Assembly: GCA_030141605.1 (NCBI GenBank)
Contig: JAQGDQ010001002.1
Span: 7,180-71,179 of the forward strand
DNA from: Tubiluchus corallicola
Lineage: Eukaryota > Animalia > Priapulida
Direction: 5' to 3'
DNA length: 64,000 nt
The translations under genes were made by a program, and so were the position numbers. Shown piece after piece: positions 63,941 through 64,000 of the stretch. The notes under the pieces were generated by a model, which was not told the DNA's origin, made no database searches, and saw nothing but the letters and a program-made list of their open reading frames with translations. The stretch's first letter is position 1, and every line of letters starts with the position of its first letter.

Positions 63941-64000
63941 GGTAAATAGGGAAAATATTACGTAGATTAAAAAAATTAAAATACTCCGTCAGTTAACATC

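Overview
AT-rich eukaryotic (animal-like) genomic DNA, dense in repeats, with three main parts. (1) 1-33.5 kb holds a complete spliced gene (+, CDS exons 1079-7367, 278 aa) encoding two MYT1-type C2HC zinc fingers. An inverted partial paralog lies at ~18.6-20.8 kb, and its exons are far more diverged from the first copy than its introns are. This region also has nested inverted repeats, many minisatellite arrays and a mosaic segmental duplication. (2) 33.5-48.3 kb holds a ~10.8 kb Penelope-like retroelement (PLE) on the minus strand. It has an intact RT ORF with no GIY-YIG endonuclease, an upstream 383-aa ORF, tandemly duplicated non-coding leader exon/intron units and ~910-bp direct terminal repeats. 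These repeats carry two structured-RNA domains that fold on the strand antisense to the ORFs. Three further copies of the repeat lie at 46.2-48.3 kb; across all five copies one end is fixed and the other varies. A 1.7-kb stepwise-mutating pentamer array follows the last copy. (3) 50.2-62.8 kb holds nine phase-consistent exons of the C-terminal half of an M1 (aminopeptidase N/ERAP-like) peptidase, with MITE-like palindromes, tRNA-derived SINE heads and satellites in the introns. All calls were made by eye; no database searches or folding programs were run.
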